In this document: one piece after another, positions 58,400 to 64,000 of the stretch
Numbering within the stretch: position 1 is the stretch's first letter
Layout: each line of letters begins with the position of its first letter
IMG/VR virus record: IMGVR_UViG_3300028886_000065
Source of the DNA: a virus
Lineage: Duplodnaviria > Heunggongvirae > Uroviricota > Caudoviricetes
Direction: 5' to 3' (one strand)
DNA length: 64,000 nucleotides
Made by a program: the position numbers and the translations under genes
Notes under the pieces: model-generated
What the model saw: only the letters and a program-made list of their open reading frames with translations
Told to the model about the DNA's origin: nothing
The model's database searches: none

Positions 58400-59086
58400 T
58401 TATTTAACATCTATGGCATTGCCAAGAAAGTTTGGATTCTTCTTGTGTGCTTCTGCCATACAAGCGTCTATATATGAGCCTTCGGCAAACTTCATGCACA
58501 TCTTATTGAACATACAGGTGACTTGTTCAGAGTTCAGATCTATGTCAAAACCCTTATACAACTCTTCACACATCTTGTTCCAATGCCCTGAGACTTCGCC
58601 TATACGATACTCCAGAAAGTCCTTCTTGTAGTCACGTCCCCACCTGTCTTTGGCTTTCTTCATGATGCAGTCAAATTGCGTGATGCTCATTTCAAGCAAC
58701 ACTCTTGCACATTCGATGAACGCATATAAATCGGAGTCCGGGAACTTTACCCTGTCAAGTTCTGACTTGATTGAGACCCTGAAAAGAGTGATGTCAGATT
58801 CGGCCACGTCGATAACACGGTCTGAGTAGTCAGACCAGAACGATTGATCTTTCATGTTGCTCTTGATATAGACTTCACGCCGACTGGCAGCACTGACGGC
58901 AAGGTTGCCAAAACGCTTGGCAGTTTGACGAAACAGGTCTGGACGGTCAAGGAGCATACTATGAGCTGAATACAACTCATTGATGGCGGCTATGACGGAT
59001 AAACTAACACCGAAATCAACAGTGCGAGCAGTCCACCTCATTCCTTGGAGGTCTTTCTCACCGTAATAATAAATTTTCTTAGGCAT
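58400..59086 (-). CDS. Hypothetical protein (228 aa).
   Basis: ORF with no recognisable motif. Confidence 0.5.
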   Translation of the reverse strand: MPKKIYYYGEKDLQGMRWTARTVDFGVSLSVIAAINELYSAHSMLLDRPDLFRQTAKRFGNLAVSAASRREVYIKSNMKDQSFWSDYSDRVIDVAESDITLFRVSIKSELDRVKFPDSDLYAFIECARVLLEMSITQFDCIMKKAKDRWGRDYKKDFLEYRIGEVSGHWNKMCEELYKGFDIDLNSEQVTCMFNKMCMKFAEGSYIDACMAEAHKKNPNFLGNAIDVK

Positions 59087-59131
59087 GGCTTGGGGTCATT
59101 TAAATGATTTGCTCAAGATAGAACTTTGCTT

Positions 59132-59407
59132 TTAACTTTTAACTCTCAACTCATTCATGCGTGCATGAATATATCGCCGACCTCCGTGTTTCCATAGAAG
59201 GTTATAGCGTTTTGTCGTGGGCTTTATGGCTTCGTCAGGACTAAGGTCGTACATCTTCAATCTCAGCAGGGCAATATCATCTTCACTAAAAGTCTTACGA
59301 CCATTTTCACCAACATTGAAGCCCACTATGCCAGCATTTGCGTAACGCAAAATTGTAGCACGGTTGACACAAAGAATCTTACCGACCTCTGTGATACCAT
59401 AATTCAT
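59132..59407 (-). CDS. Small HTH DNA-binding protein (excisionase/AlpA/MerR-like).
   Basis: ITEVGKILCVNRATILRYANAGIVGF, a typical HTH with an aromatic wing. Confidence 0.45.
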   Translation of the reverse strand: MNYGITEVGKILCVNRATILRYANAGIVGFNVGENGRKTFSEDDIALLRLKMYDLSPDEAIKPTTKRYNLLWKHGGRRYIHARMNELRVKS

Positions 59408-59464
59408 AATCCAATAGTTTTTTTTTTATTGTAGATAGTGTGCCTTGCAGTTTTTACAGAAAGG

Positions 59465-60292
59465 TTAAAACAACATCGGCTCCCTCAATTCATCTTCTAT
59501 CCTCTTCTTCGATATCGCATAATACTTTGGGTCTTTCTCCATCAACACATACTTACGCTTCTCCCTAATGGCGGCTATTCCCAAAGTTCCGGAGCCGCAA
59601 CAGTTATCAAGAACGATTTCACCTTCATCGGTGTAAGTCCTGATCAGCCAGCGTATCAATTCCACAGGTTTCTGTGTAGGATGGAACACCGTACTTTCGT
59701 GTTCCTTCTTGATGGCAATGATACTACGAGGTAGTTTCTTCCCGTCTGGAACAGTTGACTCCACTCTCGGAACACTATCATAAGTCCTGCCTTGGTAGTC
59801 CTGTTTATACTTGCCGTAGCAGGTATTGGTGTGTTTGTGCTTGCCGGTACCGCGAGGGTGATTGGGTTTACCATCGACATACTGAGGATGGTATGTTGGA
59901 AGACTCTTATAGAACACGCAAATGTCTTCGTGACACCTCAGAGGCATACGATTGGCGTTGAGAAATGCCGTCGTTCTCTGCTTATCCCATACCAAGTTGT
60001 ATCTCCAGAGTTTTTCGTTACTCAGCATCAGTTTAGCCGTAAACATACCCTGTGCGAATAGTACGATTGCACCGTTATCTTTGATGATTCTCTCGTACTG
60101 CGCCCAAAGAGGTTCAAAAGGTATGATATTATCCCACTTCGCATGTGGATTGTTTCTGTGAAGAACTTGGTATGGATTGTCTGCAATGATACAGTCTATA
60201 CTTCCAGATGGAATTTTAGGAAGCAAATCAAGACAATCACCAAACAGTAGTTGATTCTCAAAGTTCATAAATATTTCCAATAATAGCCACAA
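59465..60292 (-). CDS. DNA methyltransferase, beta-class N6-adenine or N4-cytosine type (PF01555-like).
   Basis: Motif IV IIADNPYQ. Motif I region FHPTQKPVELIRWLIRTYTDEGEIVLDNCCGSGT. The likely start at 60268 overlaps the HNH stop in an ATGA arrangement. Confidence 0.8.
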   Translation of the reverse strand: MWLLLEIFMNFENQLLFGDCLDLLPKIPSGSIDCIIADNPYQVLHRNNPHAKWDNIIPFEPLWAQYERIIKDNGAIVLFAQGMFTAKLMLSNEKLWRYNLVWDKQRTTAFLNANRMPLRCHEDICVFYKSLPTYHPQYVDGKPNHPRGTGKHKHTNTCYGKYKQDYQGRTYDSVPRVESTVPDGKKLPRSIIAIKKEHESTVFHPTQKPVELIRWLIRTYTDEGEIVLDNCCGSGTLGIAAIREKRKYVLMEKDPKYYAISKKRIEDELREPMLF

Positions 60293-60894
60293 CTTTTTCT
60301 ACCCTCTCTTGCCGCTTTGCCTATTGCAGCAAGTGACTTTGCTTTCATAGCCATAGCTGCAGCTGTTAGACTTGGATAAACGCAAATTACTTCCTTGTTT
60401 TTAGATAGACAAGCAATCCTTTTTTTATTAGATATTTTTGCAGATTCTATCATTTTTGGAAGGTCTCTCAATCCAGAAATCTTCCTCATTGTCTCTCTTC
60501 TATTAGTCGAATCTAATTGCCTCCACGCATGAATAGCATTTTGCCGATTTGTAACCATTTCAAGATTCTCAACTCGGTTATCGTGTTTGATTCCATTCTT
60601 GTGATTAACCTGCAAATCCTCAGAGTAATCAGGAAGATAGATTAACGCCACAAGCCGATGCACCTTAAATGGTCTTCTCCCGTCTTTGTTTGTTGAATCG
60701 GGATATGGCAGTCTTAGTATTTTATACCCTTTCTTGTCAAATGAAGATACATATTCATGTCCTGTCATTTTATTAAAAATACGGCCATCCGCAGTAATAT
60801 TATACAAAGAGCAAAATACGTCTTTATTCAGTTTGTTGTATTTCCTTTTCATAGTAACATTCTGAAGGTAATGTGGTAGTTCGTTTGTTCCCAT
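60265..60894 (-). CDS. HNH homing-type endonuclease with a C-terminal DNA-binding module.
   Basis: HNH motif VHRLVALIYLPDYSEDLQVNHKNGIKHDNRVENLEMVTNRQN. The C-terminus ends GYYWKYL. Confidence 0.7.
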   Translation of the reverse strand: MGTNELPHYLQNVTMKRKYNKLNKDVFCSLYNITADGRIFNKMTGHEYVSSFDKKGYKILRLPYPDSTNKDGRRPFKVHRLVALIYLPDYSEDLQVNHKNGIKHDNRVENLEMVTNRQNAIHAWRQLDSTNRRETMRKISGLRDLPKMIESAKISNKKRIACLSKNKEVICVYPSLTAAAMAMKAKSLAAIGKAAREGRKSCGYYWKYL

Positions 60895-60907
60895 TATTCG
60901 TGTAATA

Positions 60908-61573
60908 TTATGCGAAAATGTCTAACTGCTTTGCCACTCTACCATCTTTCATCACGTACTCACCAAGACATTCCCTTCTGAATCTCTCTTCCTGTTGGTC
61001 GTAATATTCCTTACTTATTTCACAAGCGTAGAAGTCTAAGCCCATCTGATAGGCTGCAATTCTGCTTGAACCGCTACCAAGATGGCTGTCAAAGATGGTT
61101 TCACCCGCTTTGGCAAAGGTTCTCAACAGATATTTGTATAGTTCTATCGGCTTGCAGGTAGGATGCCAGTTCACTTTATCAATGTGACCACCGCGATTGG
61201 ATGCAGTGAAGAGTTTTGCAGGTTTGTCGAATGAAGTCCAAGCCATTTCGCATTGACTGAAATTCTCCCAAACCTGTTCTTTATCCCAAATCACGAAACA
61301 ACGACATGGCGGCAATGGAAAGTAGTTACCGCCCCAAACTATCTGATTCTTGCTGATTCTGAAAAGTTCCTGCCAATACTCAGGTGGTGGCGCAATATCC
61401 CAACTCATATCGTGCTTGTTCAGAGTGCGGTTTTTTAGTTTACCACTTCCTGATACAGACGATTTCTTTAATTGGTACGGTGGATCACAGATTGCCAAAT
61501 CGAAATAGTTGTCTGGCAATGACCGCATATATTCCAGACAATCACAATTATAAACTTCACTTATCGGATTCAT
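60908..61573 (-). CDS. DNA methyltransferase, beta-class (DPPY), probably N6-adenine.
   Basis: Motif IV LAICDPPYQ. Motif I region WHPTCKPIELYKYLLRTFAKAGETIFDSHLGSGSS. Confidence 0.8.
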   Translation of the reverse strand: MNPISEVYNCDCLEYMRSLPDNYFDLAICDPPYQLKKSSVSGSGKLKNRTLNKHDMSWDIAPPPEYWQELFRISKNQIVWGGNYFPLPPCRCFVIWDKEQVWENFSQCEMAWTSFDKPAKLFTASNRGGHIDKVNWHPTCKPIELYKYLLRTFAKAGETIFDSHLGSGSSRIAAYQMGLDFYACEISKEYYDQQEERFRRECLGEYVMKDGRVAKQLDIFA

Positions 61574-61642
61574 CTTTCAAAGTCACATTACCTTCATAAT
61601 GTTGCAAGACAAAAGACCACATTCTTTTCCTAATGTGGTATT

Positions 61643-62560
61643 ATGGATGAAAATAAGAACATTCAACTGAATCTTTTTGGCGAACCAATAGAACAGCAAC
61701 CAAAAGAAGAGAATTTGCAAAAGAAGATTGACAGGGCTTTGCGGCTGTTACGTTCAGCAGAAAGGAACGCCACAAAGAATGGTGGAATACTTGAAATCAG
61801 TTATAGCGGAGGTAAGGATTCAGACGTGATATTGGAGTTGGCACGAATGGCAGGTGTCAAGTACAGAGCCATATATAAAAATACAACCATTGATCCGCCC
61901 GGCACTATTAAGCATTGTCGTGACAATGGTGTAGAAATCGTCAGACCAGAAAAGAGTTTCTTCGCTATTATCAGACAAAGAGGTTTCCCAACATTTTACA
62001 GGCGTTTTTGTTGCGAAATACTGAAAGAGTATAAGATATTAGATAACGCCGTTCAAGGAATCCGACGTGCTGAAAGTAGCAAACGAGCGAAACGATATGA
62101 TGCAAACGAACCCGTAATCTGCCGTATTTATGGTTCAAAGAAGAATCATGTCAATGTAATACTTCCAATCTTATCATGGACTGATAAAGACGTTGAAGAC
62201 TTTATTGCCATGAGAGGTATTAGATGCCACCCATTATACTACGACAAAGATGGAAAGTTCAATGTAAAGTGTCGTTTGGGTTGTATGGGATGCCCACTTC
62301 CAAGTGATAGAAGTGTTGAAGACTTCAAGACTCATCCTGCATTACTTCGTGAATGGCTTCGTAACGGTTTGTACTGGTGGAACTCACACAAATTGAAGAA
62401 ACTCAAGAAAAAGTACCACAACATATATGAATTGTTCATTGGTAATACTTTCTTTCACTCTTATCGAGAGTTTCGAGATTGGCAAAAGAATCCTCTATTT
62501 GGTGAGATTGATTGCAAGAAATTTCTGGAAGACTACTTCAATACCAAAATCAACTTTTAA
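61643..62560 (+). CDS. PAPS-reductase-like PP-loop ATP pyrophosphatase (DndC/CysH-like phage protein).
   Basis: PP-loop ISYSGGKDSDVILELA. Downstream FPTFYRRFCCEILK and a Cys-rich C-terminus (CRLGCMGCP). Confidence 0.7.
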   Translation: MDENKNIQLNLFGEPIEQQPKEENLQKKIDRALRLLRSAERNATKNGGILEISYSGGKDSDVILELARMAGVKYRAIYKNTTIDPPGTIKHCRDNGVEIVRPEKSFFAIIRQRGFPTFYRRFCCEILKEYKILDNAVQGIRRAESSKRAKRYDANEPVICRIYGSKKNHVNVILPILSWTDKDVEDFIAMRGIRCHPLYYDKDGKFNVKCRLGCMGCPLPSDRSVEDFKTHPALLREWLRNGLYWWNSHKLKKLKKKYHNIYELFIGNTFFHSYREFRDWQKNPLFGEIDCKKFLEDYFNTKINF

Positions 62561-62585
62561 GCCACATTAGGAAAATAATGTTACC

Positions 62586-62903
62586 TCATTCGTATTTATA
62601 AGGTTTGCCGTTGATTTCTCTAATATCCGTTTGCGACACCCTGTTATCATCGGCATCACGTTTTACAGGTTCGCCCTTCTTGCTTAACCGAGTACCACGA
62701 TAATACATACAAGGGAAACGAGAGCCAAAATCATAACCCCACGAAAACTTCTCTACACGAATAGTCTTGTAATGGTCGGTTATAATATCACCAATCTTTA
62801 CAGGATTGTTTGTGCTGGCAAATTCTCTTGCAATTACTTTCATCTTTGCCTCATGTTCTTCTTCAAGAACATTCTTTGCTTTCAAATACTCTTCTCTGTT
62901 CAT
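62586..62903 (-). CDS. Hypothetical protein (likely start MNREEYLKAKN at 62903).
   Basis: A trimmed form of the track ORF 62586..63008, chosen to avoid overlap with the radical-SAM gene start. Confidence 0.35.
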   Translation of the reverse strand: MNREEYLKAKNVLEEEHEAKMKVIAREFASTNNPVKIGDIITDHYKTIRVEKFSWGYDFGSRFPCMYYRGTRLSKKGEPVKRDADDNRVSQTDIREINGKPYKYE

Positions 62904-62938
62904 AATATTATTTGTTACGTTATAGCGATAATGTGGCA

Positions 62939-63871
62939 ATGAATATCGGGCTAATAGATGTTGACGGTCACGGATTCCCAAATTTAGCCTTGATGAAGAT
63001 TTCAGCATACCACAAGCGTTGTGGTGATACGGTAGATTGGTATTCCATCTTTGACCACTACGACATTGTATATATGAGCAAGGTGTTTACCCACAAGCCA
63101 GACTATGATCAAGTGATACCAAATGCAGACAGGATAGAGAAAGGTGGTACGGGTTATTCCATTACCAAGCAACTTCCGACAGAGATAGACATGTTGCAGC
63201 CGGACTACTCGATATACCCTACCATTGACAAACGCACCGCATACGGTTTCCTTACCAGAGGTTGCCCGAATAAATGCAAATGGTGTGTTGTACCAAAGAA
63301 AGAGGGTCTTATCCGTCCGTATATGGACGTTGACGAGATAGCCATTGAAGGCAGAAGCAGGCTTATCCTCATGGATAACAACATAGTAGCTTGCGACTAC
63401 GGATTGCAACAGATTGACAAGATTATCAGTCGCCGTTACAGGGTTGACTTCAACCAAGCCATTGATGCCCGTCTGATAACCGATGATGTTGCAAAGCAAC
63501 TTGTTAAGGTGCGTTGGCTTGACGGTTACATTCGTCTCGGCTGTGATACCAGGCAGCAGGTCGAAGTGTGTGAAGATGTCATTGAACGCATGTTTGCATT
63601 TGGCTATACTGGCGGATTCTTGCTCTATACGATGCTTCACGGCTCGTTAGATGAGTGCTATGAACGTGTATCGCACTGGAGAACAAAATATGCTTCAAAG
63701 GTAAGATGTCAGGCTCAACCGATGCTGGACTTCAACAAGCAGAAACAGGACATTCCAAAGTGGCAGCAAGACATGGCTCGTTGGTGCAACAAGCGTTGGA
63801 TATATGGTGCATGTGACTTCAAGGACTATGAGCCACGAAAGGGATTTCATTGCGCAGAATACTTCAAGTAA
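62939..63871 (+). CDS. Radical SAM domain protein (CxxxCxxC). The N-terminal region resembles a cobalamin-binding-like fold.
   Basis: GCPNKCKWCVVP matches CX3CX2C. The N-terminus MNIGLIDVDGHGFPNLALMKISAYHKRCGDTV. The start is taken at the Met 9 codons into the track ORF 62912..63871. Confidence 0.55.
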   Translation: MNIGLIDVDGHGFPNLALMKISAYHKRCGDTVDWYSIFDHYDIVYMSKVFTHKPDYDQVIPNADRIEKGGTGYSITKQLPTEIDMLQPDYSIYPTIDKRTAYGFLTRGCPNKCKWCVVPKKEGLIRPYMDVDEIAIEGRSRLILMDNNIVACDYGLQQIDKIISRRYRVDFNQAIDARLITDDVAKQLVKVRWLDGYIRLGCDTRQQVEVCEDVIERMFAFGYTGGFLLYTMLHGSLDECYERVSHWRTKYASKVRCQAQPMLDFNKQKQDIPKWQQDMARWCNKRWIYGACDFKDYEPRKGFHCAEYFK

Positions 63872-64000
63872 CGTCACATTATCGCTATAATGTTTGTTCC
63901 GTATGCTACAATGACATTGCAGCAGCAGTTCTCTCTGCTTTTATATTGATTCTTACGACTTTCCCGTTCTTGTCTCGCTCGTAGAAAGCAATAAGTTGGC

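Noticed and set aside
1-64000. A reverse transcriptase/diversity-generating retroelement or retron near the tail fibre genes
   Set aside because: No ORF with the RT motifs (YxDD) was seen. The fibre C-terminal similarity reflects two paralogous protein domains, not a template-repeat/variable-repeat pair with adenine-specific mismatches.

Overview
This window is almost certainly a tailed, temperate siphovirus-type phage or prophage. It uses Bacteroidota-style expression signals: no Shine-Dalgarno sequences, A-rich start contexts, TAnnTTTG-like -7 promoter motifs, and a lipobox lipoprotein. The minus-strand block 1-24863 is a complete late structural operon. Read in its transcription direction it runs scaffold, decoration-like protein, HK97-like major capsid, four small connector/neck proteins, major tail protein, G/GT tail chaperones, a 2330-aa TP901-type tape measure, a Dit-like protein, a 2125-aa Tal/host-specificity protein and three fibre-like proteins. 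A plus-strand moron with its own promoter and terminator sits between the tape-measure and Dit genes. The plus block 24966-31754 carries a large terminase whose P-loop is interrupted by a 346-aa intein that contains a LAGLIDADG domain and starts with Ala (class-3-like). It is followed by the portal, a MuF/SPP1-gp7 head-morphogenesis protein with an extra C-terminal domain, and a possible TerS next to a GGTGGTCA repeat array. The minus block 31916-38397 is an accessory and replication block: a two-domain GT92-like/GT2-like glycosyltransferase, an SPFH lipoprotein, a HAD phosphatase and a P4/D5-type primase-helicase. A 1.5-kb AT-rich repeat-laden non-coding region (38398-39908) is the likely origin. 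Beyond it lies the immunity switch, with an XRE repressor and operator repeats. A long plus-strand early operon (42183-53250) holds about 25 small genes, including a probable DnaN-like sliding clamp. Its genes are separated by a family of covarying RNA hairpins ending in GGAAG-TACGA and preceded by a conserved AAAATTCAnnAATTATGGAAAG start context. This operon is followed by an FtsK/SpoIIIE-type translocase and a tyrosine integrase. After the integrase comes a minus-strand block of three unknown proteins and an HTH protein, then two beta-class DNA methyltransferases flanking an HNH endonuclease, a PAPS-reductase-like PP-loop protein and a radical-SAM protein (a candidate DNA-modification cluster). 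No rRNA, tRNA, CRISPR array or reverse transcriptase was seen.
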